In this document: positions 49,769 to 60,251 of the stretch, one piece after another
Position numbering within the stretch: the first letter of the stretch is position 1
Layout of the letters: each line of letters opens with the position of its first letter
Origin: Minisyncoccota bacterium
GTDB taxonomy: Bacteria > Patescibacteriota > Minisyncoccia > Phycocordibacterales > XYD1-FULL-46-19
Length of the DNA stretch: 64,000 nt
Direction: 5' to 3'
Assembly (NCBI GenBank): GCA_041663165.1
Contig: JBAZRF010000005.1
Location: 502-64,501, forward strand
Program-made: the position numbers and the translations under genes
Notes under the pieces: model-generated
Seen by the model: only the letters and a program-made list of their open reading frames with translations
Databases searched by the model: none
Told to the model about the DNA's origin: nothing

Positions 49769-50839
49769 TTACTTCTTATTGCTAGGGTCAATGTTGAGGA
49801 GAATGCCGCCCGTGTTCTCTGCAACCATATTGATTGTCGCCGGCGGCTGTTTTTCGAGCATATCAAGCACGTTCTGTGACCTGTAGATGGCCTCTGCCGC
49901 TCGCCACGAAACTACCCGTCCCTTGCGAACGACGGTAACACCGTCGGCCGCAAAAACTGGCTTGGCAGCTTCATCAATGATCGCCAAGATCGCGAGGGCA
50001 TGTCCTCTTCCCTTGGCTTGATGGCCCAGGGCTTCTTTCTCGGCACTAAGGACACCTTCGCGGTCTTTCTTCACACTCTCCGGCAGAGCAATCCGTTTGA
50101 GGGTGATCCCGCTCTCCGGACACAGGCGAACGCCGATGTTTGCCAATGCCTGCAAGAAGGTTCGATCCCATAATACTTTTTGCGAGATCTCGCCTGTCTT
50201 GAGCGCCGCGTCATCAACGTTGTAACCCTGAATGATTCGCCGGACCGCTTCTATTGCCAGACTCTTTATCCGGGCCGGTGTATCCTCAACCACGTAGACG
50301 AACAGGTAGCAGGGGTCATCGTGGCCCCGGCTTGGTGCCCCAGTTATTTTGTCGGGGGTCGGGGTGCCGGTGACGGTGGTGGGGATTTCGATCTCTGCCC
50401 TATCGCTGTCGATGACTTGGGCGACGATTTTGAATTCCGGCGTTCCACTACTGCCCCCAAGAAAGACGACTTCGCCTCCCATGTCAGCAGCCGTGACCTC
50501 GATAATGACTTGTTCGAAGGTCCCGTCTTCTCCGCCGTGTGGGGCAAACTTGTCGATCAGTCCCGGTAGACAGAGAATGTGCCAGCCGCCCCTTAGTGTC
50601 AGGTGATAGGTGCCGAGCCGCTCAACGACCCGGAAGTCCTTCTCGGTTACGAATGTCAGCCCTACTCCCGCGTAGATGGCAAACCAGGATAAGAGCCCGG
50701 TCAAACCAAATACGACAGACAACTTCCCAGCTCCTAAGAGCCAGGTCAGGACAATGGTCCCTAAGCCACAAACCGCTCCGCCACCAAGGATCACCACCCA
50801 GGCCAACAACTGCATCTGCCATTTCTTCATCGCGTCCAT
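49769..50839 (-). CDS. Divergent SPFH/band-7 domain membrane protein
   Basis: TM helices then 'VVERLGTYH..L..GWH..PG.ID', 'ITLKRIALP'. Confidence 0.65.
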   Translation of the reverse strand: MDAMKKWQMQLLAWVVILGGGAVCGLGTIVLTWLLGAGKLSVVFGLTGLLSWFAIYAGVGLTFVTEKDFRVVERLGTYHLTLRGGWHILCLPGLIDKFAPHGGEDGTFEQVIIEVTAADMGGEVVFLGGSSGTPEFKIVAQVIDSDRAEIEIPTTVTGTPTPDKITGAPSRGHDDPCYLFVYVVEDTPARIKSLAIEAVRRIIQGYNVDDAALKTGEISQKVLWDRTFLQALANIGVRLCPESGITLKRIALPESVKKDREGVLSAEKEALGHQAKGRGHALAILAIIDEAAKPVFAADGVTVVRKGRVVSWRAAEAIYRSQNVLDMLEKQPPATINMVAENTGGILLNIDPSNKK

Positions 50840-51040
50840 CCTTCCTAGTTCAGAGTCACACCCTTCTTGAGGGGGACATTAGCTTAACGAAATTGACAAA
50901 AACCTATACAGTCACGAAACGAGGGAACATCCCTGTTTCGATTGTTCAGTGTATCTGCTATTGATTATACACTATATCATACAAGAAGTCAAGGGGTAAA
51001 AGTCCTTGTCTGGCAAGGCTTTTTGAGCGCTTTAATTCTG

Positions 51041-51122
51041 TGCCGAGGAGAGGACTTGAACCTCCATGGATTGCTCCACTAGCTCCTAAGGCTAGCGCGT
51101 CTGCCAATTTCGCCACCTCGGC
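51041..51122 (-). tRNA. tRNA-Leu(TAG)
   Basis: GCCGAGGTGGCGAAATTGGCAGACGCG..TAG..GGTTCAAGTCC. Confidence 0.95.
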
Positions 51123-51180
51123 AAGTTTGATTTAAGGACACACGCGCTCGGACCTAAAAAATTTTTAAGTCGCTCGCTTG

Positions 51181-51253
51181 TCCGCCCAGTAGGATTCGGA
51201 CCTACGACCGTTCGCTTAAGAGGCGACTGCTCTACCAACTGAGCTATGGGCGG
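51181..51253 (-). tRNA. tRNA-Lys(CTT) with non-canonical T loop
   Basis: CCGCCCA TAGCTCAGTTGGTAGAGC..CTT..GGTCCGAATCC..TGGGCGGA. Confidence 0.8.
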
Positions 51254-51296
51254 AACTTTTTAATTTTAACAACTAACAAACAACAACTCAACGGTG

Positions 51297-51379
51297 TGCT
51301 TGGGGCGGGAATCGAACCCGCATGAGCATGGCTCACAACATTTTAAGTGTTGCGCGTATACCAATTCCGCCACCCAAGC
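51297..51379 (-). tRNA. tRNA-Leu(TAA)
   Basis: GCTTGGGTGGCGGAATTGGTATACGCG..TAA..GGTTCGATTCCC. Confidence 0.95.
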
Positions 51380-51380
51380 C

Positions 51381-51854
51381 TTATTTTTTACGATTCCGAC
51401 CTCTATGTGTTGGTTTTAGACTGTAACAATTGGGGCAGAGAACTCTTAAATTAGATAGTCGGTTGTCGTGCCTGTTTCCATTTATATGGTCTAACTCTAA
51501 TGGGAGTCGACCGTCCTCTGATCTTTTTGCCCAGCCACACTCTTCACATTGAGGCTCCTTTATTTTGGCAGAAAACAATCTATTTTTCAACTTAAAACTT
51601 TGGAAAGTGCTATTTGGAACAAGAATCTCGTTGAGAGGTATTGAAGTTTTGCCCGTCCCTTTTAAACCCTTATTCCAACCCTTTCCTGTAAAATGTTTGG
51701 TATTAAGAGACAGTTCCTTTATATATTTTTTTAGTTGGTCATAATTCCCGCCAGCTTCTTTTAGGTCTAATTCATGTAAAACCTGTCTATAGCTTGTGCA
51801 TTTTTTTACGGCGATTCTCAATTTCTCAATCGTCCAAGTTCGTTTCTTCGGCAT
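51381..51854 (-). CDS. HNH endonuclease
   Basis: 'CEECG', 'LELDHINGNRHDNRLSNLRVLCPNC'. Confidence 0.85.
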   Translation of the reverse strand: MPKKRTWTIEKLRIAVKKCTSYRQVLHELDLKEAGGNYDQLKKYIKELSLNTKHFTGKGWNKGLKGTGKTSIPLNEILVPNSTFQSFKLKNRLFSAKIKEPQCEECGWAKRSEDGRLPLELDHINGNRHDNRLSNLRVLCPNCYSLKPTHRGRNRKK

Positions 51855-51964
51855 TACCTATATTATATCGTAATGGTAGAGGTAAGGAAAGTGGATAATT
51901 TTGCGTTTACCTAATAGTTTTGGGTATTTTAAAAATACAGTTTTTTTGCTAGACTTTAACTATC

Positions 51965-52036
51965 GGCCTGGTCGCCAAGTGGTAAGGCAAGGGTCTGCAA
52001 AACCCTTATACGGGAGTTCAATTCTCCCCCAGGCCT
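51965..52036 (+). tRNA. tRNA-Cys(GCA)
   Basis: GGCCTGG..GCA..GTTCAATT..CCAGGCCT. Confidence 0.93.
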
Positions 52037-52359
52037 CAAATTTTTTCTAGAATCCCCTCGATTTTTTGGCGGTTTTTTTCGCCGGCATCAATTTCGAATT
52101 CGACGAAAGGGATGGTTTTCATTGGCAAGGCATCGGCAATAACCGAACGGAGTTCACTGCGCTTGCGCTTGGCAAATTCAAGCGCGGCGGTCTCGAAATT
52201 TTCGGGAAAGACGGTTATAAAAGCTGTGACATTTTTCAGGTCACGGCCAACCTCGCAATGGGTTACCGTTACGACCGATTGGGTATTAGCCTCTTTGTTT
52301 AGAAAGGCCGAAATTATTTCTTGCAATCTCCCTTCCACTTTTTCTTGTCTGAAAGTCAT
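52036..52359 (-). CDS. rbfA: Ribosome-binding factor A
   Basis: 'VTVT..EV.RDLK', 'IP..EF..D'; follows infB. Confidence 0.88.
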   Translation of the reverse strand: MTFRQEKVEGRLQEIISAFLNKEANTQSVVTVTHCEVGRDLKNVTAFITVFPENFETAALEFAKRKRSELRSVIADALPMKTIPFVEFEIDAGEKNRQKIEGILEKI

Positions 52360-52387
52360 ATTTTTTGCCAGACGGGGTCTAGCGGAT

Positions 52388-53887
52388 TTATTTTGTTACA
52401 GTTTCAAAGACTTCAATATAGTCGCCCGGAGCAATTTCTATTTTGGCGTCAATCTCGGCGCCGAATTGGTTGTTTTCATCAACTTCATCTGCCTTAATTT
52501 TTTGCATTTGCAGGCTGACAATCTTGCCGCGGCCAATTTCGTTCTCGCGGCGCATAATCTTTACCTCCTTACCCTTGATCACTTTGCCTTGACCAACAAT
52601 GCCACCAACAATTTGCTTGTCGCCATTTGTGCCAAAAGTCTTTAAGATTTTAGCCTTACCCAGAAGTTCTTCAACTATCTGTTTGGGTGCGGCCCGCTTC
52701 ATCTCTTCTTCTAGCCATTCGGATAATTTATAGATAATATCTGATGTTTCTATTGTTGCCTGGCTTTTCTCAGCTAACGACAGGGCACTTTTCTCGGCTT
52801 TAACGCGAAAGCCCAAGATTTTGGCGTTAGGAAAGGCTTGGACGAGCTTTATGTCATTTTCGGTAATCGAACCAACTCCCAAGTCGATGATATTGAGATT
52901 TACATTTTCCACTTTTAATTTAGCCAGCTCTTTTTCGACGGCTTCAAGGGTGCCCGATACGTCAGCCTTAATGATGATTGGGAGGTTTATAACGCCGTCA
53001 GCCTCGCTCACGCTATTTAAAGTTCGGCGAAAATTTTCTTCAGCCGGAGCCGAGGCGGCAAAACTCTCGGCATCTTTTTTGTCGGCGAAAGCCTTAAAAG
53101 GAGCGCCAATTAGTGGTAATTTAGCAAAACCAAAAATATGGGATGGCGCGCTGAAGGTAAGTTCTTTAACTTGATTATCCAAAAAATCAGCCAAACGTTT
53201 AATTTTGGTTACTTCTTTGCCGATGACAATAAAATCACTCCCATGTAAGGTCCCGTTTTTAATGATGAAAGTAGCGGTTGTTCCGCTTCGCGGGTCGAGA
53301 TGAGTTTCTAACACAAAACCTTCGGCCCCGATTGAGGGGTCACCCTTAAGTTCCTCAAGTTCGGCCACTAAGAGGAGCAGGTCAAGTAATTCGTTTACGC
53401 CCGTTCCTTCTTTGGCCGAAATCAACGCCACCGGAATATTACCGCCATAACCCTCGACGAACACACCATTTTCGGCCAAGCTCTGTTTGGTTTTTTCGAT
53501 ATCAGCGGCCGGTTTGTCGATTTTATTAATAGCCACAACGAAGGGTGTGTTATGGTCTTTGATCGACTGCAAGGCTTCAAGGGTTTGGGCTTTGACGCCC
53601 TCCTCGGCGGAAACAATCAAAATGGCAATATCGGCAATTTGCGCCCCACGTTCGCGCATGGTGGTAAAAGCGGCATGGCCCGGGGTATCAACGAAGGTAA
53701 TCTTCTTGTTGTTATGGACCACTTCATAAGCGGTCGTGTGCTGAGTAATGCCGCCCGATTCCTTGTCAACAACATTAGTTTTGCGGATGTAGTCGAGGAG
53801 TTTTGATTTGCCATGATCAATATGCCCCATGACGGCAATCACTGGCGGACGCTCAACTAAACCGGTTTCAACGGTATTTTCACTCAT
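52388..53887 (-). CDS. infB: Translation initiation factor IF-2 (short form)
   Basis: 'RPPVIAVMGHIDHGK', 'GGITQH', 'DTPGHAAF', 'IIKADV.G.LEA'. Confidence 0.95.
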   Translation of the reverse strand: MSENTVETGLVERPPVIAVMGHIDHGKSKLLDYIRKTNVVDKESGGITQHTTAYEVVHNNKKITFVDTPGHAAFTTMRERGAQIADIAILIVSAEEGVKAQTLEALQSIKDHNTPFVVAINKIDKPAADIEKTKQSLAENGVFVEGYGGNIPVALISAKEGTGVNELLDLLLLVAELEELKGDPSIGAEGFVLETHLDPRSGTTATFIIKNGTLHGSDFIVIGKEVTKIKRLADFLDNQVKELTFSAPSHIFGFAKLPLIGAPFKAFADKKDAESFAASAPAEENFRRTLNSVSEADGVINLPIIIKADVSGTLEAVEKELAKLKVENVNLNIIDLGVGSITENDIKLVQAFPNAKILGFRVKAEKSALSLAEKSQATIETSDIIYKLSEWLEEEMKRAAPKQIVEELLGKAKILKTFGTNGDKQIVGGIVGQGKVIKGKEVKIMRRENEIGRGKIVSLQMQKIKADEVDENNQFGAEIDAKIEIAPGDYIEVFETVTK

Positions 53888-53921
53888 AAGATTTAATTAA
53901 ACCAGAAAAAGCTTAAGATTA

Positions 53922-54380
53922 CTAGCTTAAGGCTTTGTTGATTACGTCTTTTTCTTCTTCAGAGAGTTCATATTCACTTTTACCTTCGGTGAGCGGTTTG
54001 GCATAAACACTCACTTTGTCTCGCGAATATAAACTAGAAATGACCACACCATCACCCTTTTCATTCATTAGGCAAGTGGCGAAACTTTGATTTCCACCCT
54101 GATCACGAAAAGGGTTAAAGCGGATGGTATGAATTTTTTGTAGGGCCTTAGCCAAACGCTCATTGATATTGTCAATTTCCTGGGCGATCATTTTTGTCCG
54201 TTCATCGAGCCGGCGCGCGGTTTTTACAAACTCATCAATTACGTCTTCAAAATCGTTGGCTCGCCGACCCGACAAGAGACGAGTAAGGCGCTTGTCTAAA
54301 ATCAACAAGCGGACCAATAAAAAAATAGTGATCACGATAAACCCAACAGTGACAATAAAAAGAGTGGTCAAATCAATCAT
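53922..54380 (-). CDS. DUF4446-like membrane-anchored protein
   Basis: 'RFNPF...GGNQSFA', 'YAKP...GKS.YELS.EE'. Confidence 0.75.
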   Translation of the reverse strand: MIDLTTLFIVTVGFIVITIFLLVRLLILDKRLTRLLSGRRANDFEDVIDEFVKTARRLDERTKMIAQEIDNINERLAKALQKIHTIRFNPFRDQGGNQSFATCLMNEKGDGVVISSLYSRDKVSVYAKPLTEGKSEYELSEEEKDVINKALS

Positions 54381-54440
54381 TGGCCCATTATATAAAATTT
54401 GTCATTTTTAAGCAAAAGGGCTTTATGGTACGATTACAAA

Positions 54441-55745
54441 ATGAGACGAATTTACTGGGACACGGCGGCGGGGACGCCGATGGATAAAAGGGTGTTGAAA
54501 GCGATGTTGCCGTATTTAATGGGCAAGTTTGGCAATGCTAACAGTCTTCATCAGGAAGGGGTAGAAGCGCAAAAAGCGGTGGAGGGAGCACGAGCGAAAA
54601 TTGCCCAGATTCTTTTTGCGCACCCAGACGAAATTATTTTTACGGGTAGTGGAACGGAGAGTGACAATTTAGCGATTTTGGGTGTGGCGGAAGCTATCGG
54701 CGTGCGAAGTCCCATTTCGTTGCACGAAAAACGACTTCTCGCGCCCCGACCTGGCCATATAATCACTACCGCGATTGAACACAAGGCTATACTTGAACCC
54801 TGCCGGTATTTACAGAAAAAGGGCTACAAAGTTACTTATCTTAAGGTTGATAAAAATGGACAAATTGATTTGAAGGAGCTTAAAGAATCTTTAACCAAAG
54901 ATACTTTTTTGGTGTCAGTGATGATGGCGAATAATGAGATTGGTTCAATTCAGCCAATTAAAGAAGTGGCGAAAATCATTAGGCATTTTAAGAAGAATAC
55001 CCCTTCGACCGGTTCGACTTCGCTCACCACAAATCCGCTCAGGGTAAATACCCCGTATTTACATGTTGACGCTTGCCAAGCGCCGAGACTTTTGGATTTG
55101 AATGTTGAAAAATTGGGTGTTGATTTGATGACTTTCAATGGTTCAAAAATTTATGGACCAAAGGGTGTTGGCGCGCTTTATGTTCGGCGCGGGGTGATGC
55201 TTGCGCCAATCATCATGGGTGGGGGACAAGAACGGGGTTTAAGGTCGGGGACGCTAAATGTGGCGGGGATTGTTGGGCTGGCCGAAGCGCTCGCGATTTG
55301 TGCCAAGGAAAGGGGGAAAGAAGGCGCTCGTCTGTTTAAGTTGCAAAGCAAACTTATGGCCGAGCTTAAAAAAATAAAAAACCTAACAATTAATGGGCCA
55401 GAGGCTGTGAGAAATGCGACTTCAAGTGGGCCCGAAGTCGTTTTTCGCACAATTTCGCCCACATCGCTCCGCTTACCCAATAATATTAATTTTTCGGTTG
55501 GAGGCCTCGAAGGTGAGCAATTAGTAATCGAGCTTGATGCCAAGGGCTTTGCGGTTTCCAGCGGTAGTGCTTGCTCTCACGATAGTGGCGAAGGGTCGTA
55601 TACTATTCGGGCGATTGGCGGTTCGGAAGAACAAGTGGTCGGCGCTGTGCGTCTTAGCTTGGGCCGTGACGCCAAAACCAGCGATATTGCTCGTTTTACG
55701 AAGTCACTAAAAGAAATAATTGCGAAATACAAAATTAATACTTAG
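54441..55745 (+). CDS. Cysteine desulfurase (IscS/NifS family) carrying three palindrome-derived insertions
   Basis: 'IFTGSGTESDN', 'ANNEIG', 'HVDACQ', 'KIYGPKG', 'RSGT', 'SSGSAC'. Confidence 0.92.
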   Translation: MRRIYWDTAAGTPMDKRVLKAMLPYLMGKFGNANSLHQEGVEAQKAVEGARAKIAQILFAHPDEIIFTGSGTESDNLAILGVAEAIGVRSPISLHEKRLLAPRPGHIITTAIEHKAILEPCRYLQKKGYKVTYLKVDKNGQIDLKELKESLTKDTFLVSVMMANNEIGSIQPIKEVAKIIRHFKKNTPSTGSTSLTTNPLRVNTPYLHVDACQAPRLLDLNVEKLGVDLMTFNGSKIYGPKGVGALYVRRGVMLAPIIMGGGQERGLRSGTLNVAGIVGLAEALAICAKERGKEGARLFKLQSKLMAELKKIKNLTINGPEAVRNATSSGPEVVFRTISPTSLRLPNNINFSVGGLEGEQLVIELDAKGFAVSSGSACSHDSGEGSYTIRAIGGSEEQVVGAVRLSLGRDAKTSDIARFTKSLKEIIAKYKINT

Positions 55746-55776
55746 TTAATAGTTAAAAGTTTAGACTTAACCTATT

Positions 55777-56406
55777 ATGTATACACTACCAAAATTGCCC
55801 TACGATTATAATGCGCTCGAACCGTTTGTCGACGAGGCGACGATGCGCTTGCATCATGGCAAACATCATCAAGCTTATTGTGATAAATTAAACGCGACTC
55901 TCGAAAAATATCCTGATTTGATGACTAATCCGGCGGAGGAATTGCTGGTTAAACTAAATGACTTGCCCGAGGAAATTAGGGTGGGAGTCAGAAATTTTGG
56001 TGGCGGTTATGTTAATCATAATTTCTTTTGGCAGATTTTAAACATACCCAAAGAAAATAATTTACTTGACCAGCCGGGGCCCGTCGGCGGATTGGCAAAA
56101 AAAATTGATGAACAGTTCGGCAGTTTTGCCGACTTCAAAAAACAATTGAGTGACAGGGCGATCGGTCTATTCGGTTCAGGTTGGGCGTGGCTGGTTTTTG
56201 ATAAAGGTAAATTGGCAATCACCACGACTATTAATCAAGATTCTCCGCTTTCTCTTGGTCAAATTTCATTATTAACGATTGATGTTTGGGAACACGCTTA
56301 TTATTTGAAGTACCAAAATCGCCGAGCGGAATATGTTGAGGCGATCTGGTCAGTTTTTAATTGGTTCAAAATCGCAGAGAATTATGATCTGGCTTTAAAA
56401 TCCTAA
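55777..56406 (+). CDS. sod: Fe/Mn superoxide dismutase
   Basis: 'LHHGKHHQAY', 'FGSGWAWL', 'DVWEHAYY'. Confidence 0.95.
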   Translation: MYTLPKLPYDYNALEPFVDEATMRLHHGKHHQAYCDKLNATLEKYPDLMTNPAEELLVKLNDLPEEIRVGVRNFGGGYVNHNFFWQILNIPKENNLLDQPGPVGGLAKKIDEQFGSFADFKKQLSDRAIGLFGSGWAWLVFDKGKLAITTTINQDSPLSLGQISLLTIDVWEHAYYLKYQNRRAEYVEAIWSVFNWFKIAENYDLALKS

Positions 56407-56487
56407 AAGTGCTATAATTCACCCTATAGAGTAATGATGCTTTAGCATCATAAAATTATGAATAATTTTTACTCAATAGGGTAAAAT

Positions 56488-57276
56488 ATGGACATTAAGG
56501 ATTTAAATCGAAGCCAATTTTTGTTGTTGCTCTTGTTGATTATGCTGGTTACCTCGATTACTACCGCCGTTGTAACAGTTACCTTATTTGATCAAACGCC
56601 CAAGGCGGGGATTGTCAATACTGTTAATCGGGTTATCGAACGAGTAATCCCTGGTGCCACAACCACGGTAATAAAGATCGTCAAAGAAGCGCCGACTGTC
56701 AGTGAGGGAGAACAAATTGTTAAAGCCACCGAATCGGTTTCTCCTGCCGTGATAAAATTGGTTAACAAAACCGACAAGGGAAGCGAAAATCTTGGTACCG
56801 GCTTCATTATTCGCGACGGCCTGGTGGTCACCGCCCTTAAAAATATTCCGAGCGATTTGACTGGCGTTAATCTCGAGGTGGTAAGAAATACGACCGTCTC
56901 CTTGGCCGAGGTTTTGTCACGAGATGTTGATAATAATATTGTTTTCATTAGGTTTACGGCCACCAGCACTCTTTCGGTTGGTAACCTAACTCTAAGTGAT
57001 AAGTCTCCGACCAATGGCCAAACCAGCGTTGCCCTGTCTTATTCAGACAGTGGCAATCCGGATATCATGATCGGTTTAATTATGGGTCTAATAAATGCCA
57101 CCTCTTCAACCACACCGAACCAAAGTGTTGATCTCATTCGTACTGGCTCAGTGATTGGTGATAATATTGGCGGACCGGTGGTCGGCTTGGATGGCAAGGT
57201 GATCGGGATCGGGATTTCTCGTGGCTATGCCTTGGCTGCTCCGGCACTGAAGGCTCTGGTTGACCAAATAAAATAG
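56488..57276 (+). CDS. Membrane-anchored trypsin-like (HtrA-type) domain protein, catalytic residues degenerate
   Basis: 'SPAV', 'GTGFII..GLVVTA', 'GGPVV.LDGKVIGI'. Confidence 0.7.
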   Translation: MDIKDLNRSQFLLLLLLIMLVTSITTAVVTVTLFDQTPKAGIVNTVNRVIERVIPGATTTVIKIVKEAPTVSEGEQIVKATESVSPAVIKLVNKTDKGSENLGTGFIIRDGLVVTALKNIPSDLTGVNLEVVRNTTVSLAEVLSRDVDNNIVFIRFTATSTLSVGNLTLSDKSPTNGQTSVALSYSDSGNPDIMIGLIMGLINATSSTTPNQSVDLIRTGSVIGDNIGGPVVGLDGKVIGIGISRGYALAAPALKALVDQIK

Positions 57277-57308
57277 TTGTTGTATGATTAGCGAAAAAAT
57301 AAATAATT

Positions 57309-59990
57309 ATGCCCCCATTTCAAAACTTTACAACCAAAGCGCGCGAGGCCATTCGCCGAGCTCATGAATTAGCGATCGAGCGTGGCCAGAACCAAGTCAA
57401 CCCATTTCATTTGTTGGCAGCTTTGCTCGTTCAAGAGGAGAGTTTGGTTGTTTCGATTCTTGATAAACTTGAGATCGATTCTCTTGCTTTGACTGAGCAT
57501 GTTATCGATAGTATCGAGGCCTTTGGTGGTGGCAATGTGATGAGTCCGTCTTATCAAATTTACCTTACGCCAGATTTGGTCAAGGTTTTTGACACCTCAG
57601 CCAAAGTCGCTAGTAGTTTAAACGAAGATTTTGTTTCGACTGAGCATTTGCTCATTGCTCTACTTGATGTACCAAGCGCGGCGCGCGATTTGCTTACTCG
57701 TTTTAAAGTTGCCCGCGAGGCGATCCTTAATGTTGTTGATGAAATAAAATCTGGCAAAATTTCGCCCCTCGGCTCTAATAAAAAACTTAAGGCCATTGAG
57801 AAGTTTACCAAAAATCTTACCGACTTGGCTCGGGCTGACAAACTCGATCCGGTTATCGGTCGCGAAGAAGAGATTCGGCGGGTAATGGAAATTCTCTCGC
57901 GGCGAACTAAAAATAATCCAGTCTTGGTTGGCGAAGCTGGTACTGGCAAGACAGCGATTGTTGAAGGTTTGGCCATCAGGATTGCCAAGGGCGAAGCTCC
58001 CGAATCCTTACGCGATCGCGAAATTGTCTCACTCGACCTGGGGATGCTCTTGGCGGGCACCAAATATCGTGGCGAATTTGAGGAACGTCTGAAGAATATT
58101 ATTAAAGAGATTGAAAAATCTGACGGGCGAATAATTTTGTTTATTGACGAGATTCACACTATCGTCGGCGCGGGAGCGGCCGAAGGGGCGATTGATGCTT
58201 CAAATATGTTAAAACCGGCGCTGGCCCGCGGCGATTTGCGGACGATTGGCGCGACCACGATCAAAGAATATCAAAAATATATCGAAAAAGATCAGGCGCT
58301 AACCCGTCGCTTTCAGCCGGTGACAGTGGAAGAGCCAAGCATTGAAGATGCGGTGACTATTCTGCGCGGACTCAAAGATAAATATGAACTTCACCACGGC
58401 GTTCATATTACCGATGACGCCATAATTTCGGCGGTAAATCTCGCTAGCCGTTACATTACTGATCGCTTCTTACCCGACAAGGCAATTGACCTGATCGATG
58501 AGGCCGCGAGCGCTCTGCGTTTACAACTAGAAAATAAGCCGGCCGCGCTTGAAGATGGCGAGCGTAAGATTATGCGTCTTGAAGTAGAAAAGGAGGCTCT
58601 TAAAAAAGAGGTGGAGCTATCGGATAAGAAGAGTGCTAAAACTCGAATTAAAGAAATTGACAAAAGTATCAGTGAGTTAAAAGAAAAAATTAGCGAGCTT
58701 GAGCTAAAGTGGAAAAACGAGAAACAGCTGATCGGCGAAATTCGCAATTCTAAGGCCGAGATTGAGAAACTACGCCTTGAGGCGGGTCATGCCGAACTCC
58801 GGGCCGATCTGTCAAGAGCGGCCGAGATATTGTATGGTCGTTTGCCAGAAATTCAAAAAAATCTCAAAGCGAAAGAGTTAAGGTTAAAGAGGTTACAAAG
58901 TGCTCGCAAAATCTTGAAAGAGGAGGTTGGTGACGAAGAGGTGGCCAAAGTGGTTTCGCGCTGGACGGGTATCCCGGTTACGCGCATGCTTGAAGAAGAA
59001 ACCAATAAACTTATTCGGATGAAAGAGGAGGTGAGAAAGCGTGTCTGTGGCCAAGATGAGGCCGTCCTGAAGGTTGCTGAGGCCGTTCAACGCTCTCGCG
59101 CCGGTGTGGCTGATCCCGATCGACCGATTGGCTCATTTATGTTTTTGGGCCCATCGGGTGTTGGTAAGACTGAACTTGCTCGGGCGCTGGCCGGTTTTCT
59201 CTTTAATGACGAAAAGGCGTTAATCCGGGTGGACATGTCTGAATATATGGAGAAATACTCCGTATCAAAATTGATTGGCTCGCCAGCTGGTTATGTTGGC
59301 TATGAAGAGGGTGGTCATCTAACTGAGATGGTACGCCACCGTCCCTACTCGATCCTTTTGTTTGACGAGGTGGAAAAGGCTCATCCCGAAGTTTTTAACG
59401 TTTTACTTCAGGTGCTTGATAATGGCCGTTTAACCGACGCTAAAGGGCGAACCGTCAACTTTAAAAATACCATCATTATTCTTACTTCAAATATTGGTAG
59501 TCAGTTTATCAAAAATTATCAGCGTATTGGTTTTGCTCGCGGCGATGGCGAACAGGGTTATGGTGAAGTTAAAGAAAAAATTCAAGATAGCCTGCGTGAT
59601 CATTTTCGCCCTGAATTCTTAAATCGGCTTGATGAGATCGTAGTTTTTAATCCGCTGTCGGTTGATGTTTTGCGAGAGATTGTCGATTTACAATTAGACA
59701 TTGTTCGCGACCGCCTGCTGAAGAAGGGGATTAAACTTGAAATTACCGATGAGGTGATGAACTTTTTGGCTAAAGAGGGTTATAGCCCAGAATATGGTGC
59801 GCGACCCTTGAAACGCTTGATTCAGAATAAAATTCTTAATCCGGTGGCGCAATTTATCATTGGCCGGCGCGTCGAAGGCGGAGGCATCGTGACAGTCTCG
59901 CTTAAAGATGGTGAACCGCTGGTTGAATTAACCAAATCAGTAAAATCTAAAATAAGACCACGAACCAATAATAAAATCGAGTCTAACTAG
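57309..59990 (+). CDS. clpB: ClpB chaperone
   Basis: Two AAA+ modules ('GEAGTGKT', 'GPSGVGKT'), long middle domain, 'YGARP'. Confidence 0.92.
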   Translation: MPPFQNFTTKAREAIRRAHELAIERGQNQVNPFHLLAALLVQEESLVVSILDKLEIDSLALTEHVIDSIEAFGGGNVMSPSYQIYLTPDLVKVFDTSAKVASSLNEDFVSTEHLLIALLDVPSAARDLLTRFKVAREAILNVVDEIKSGKISPLGSNKKLKAIEKFTKNLTDLARADKLDPVIGREEEIRRVMEILSRRTKNNPVLVGEAGTGKTAIVEGLAIRIAKGEAPESLRDREIVSLDLGMLLAGTKYRGEFEERLKNIIKEIEKSDGRIILFIDEIHTIVGAGAAEGAIDASNMLKPALARGDLRTIGATTIKEYQKYIEKDQALTRRFQPVTVEEPSIEDAVTILRGLKDKYELHHGVHITDDAIISAVNLASRYITDRFLPDKAIDLIDEAASALRLQLENKPAALEDGERKIMRLEVEKEALKKEVELSDKKSAKTRIKEIDKSISELKEKISELELKWKNEKQLIGEIRNSKAEIEKLRLEAGHAELRADLSRAAEILYGRLPEIQKNLKAKELRLKRLQSARKILKEEVGDEEVAKVVSRWTGIPVTRMLEEETNKLIRMKEEVRKRVCGQDEAVLKVAEAVQRSRAGVADPDRPIGSFMFLGPSGVGKTELARALAGFLFNDEKALIRVDMSEYMEKYSVSKLIGSPAGYVGYEEGGHLTEMVRHRPYSILLFDEVEKAHPEVFNVLLQVLDNGRLTDAKGRTVNFKNTIIILTSNIGSQFIKNYQRIGFARGDGEQGYGEVKEKIQDSLRDHFRPEFLNRLDEIVVFNPLSVDVLREIVDLQLDIVRDRLLKKGIKLEITDEVMNFLAKEGYSPEYGARPLKRLIQNKILNPVAQFIIGRRVEGGGIVTVSLKDGEPLVELTKSVKSKIRPRTNNKIESN

Positions 59991-60048
59991 TTATGTTTTA
60001 CTTTGTATTGCCGGGAGGGACTTTTTAAGCTAATATTTAGGAGTTATT

Positions 60049-60135
60049 GCGTAGGTGGCGGAGTGGTCAATCGCAACTGACTGTAAATCAGTCGCCCATT
60101 GGGCTACGGAGGTTCGAATCCTCCCCTGCGCACCA
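60049..60135 (+). tRNA. tRNA-Tyr(GTA)
   Basis: GCGTAGG..GTA..long variable arm..GGTTCGAATCC..CACCA. Confidence 0.95.
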
Positions 60136-60144
60136 AAATATAAT

Positions 60145-60175
60145 ACTTGACATATTGTCAAGTTTAGTATATACT
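60145..60175 (+). promoter_or_regulatory. sigma70 promoter with a palindrome over the -35
   Basis: ACTTGACA-TAT-TGTCAAGT; TTGACA-17-TATACT. Confidence 0.6.
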
Positions 60176-60251
60176 CAACAACAGGTCTAAGTATGGGCAA
60201 TTTCGCCTATTTTTTGTTGTTTTTTGGCATAAGGAAAGAAAGGAGGTTCTC

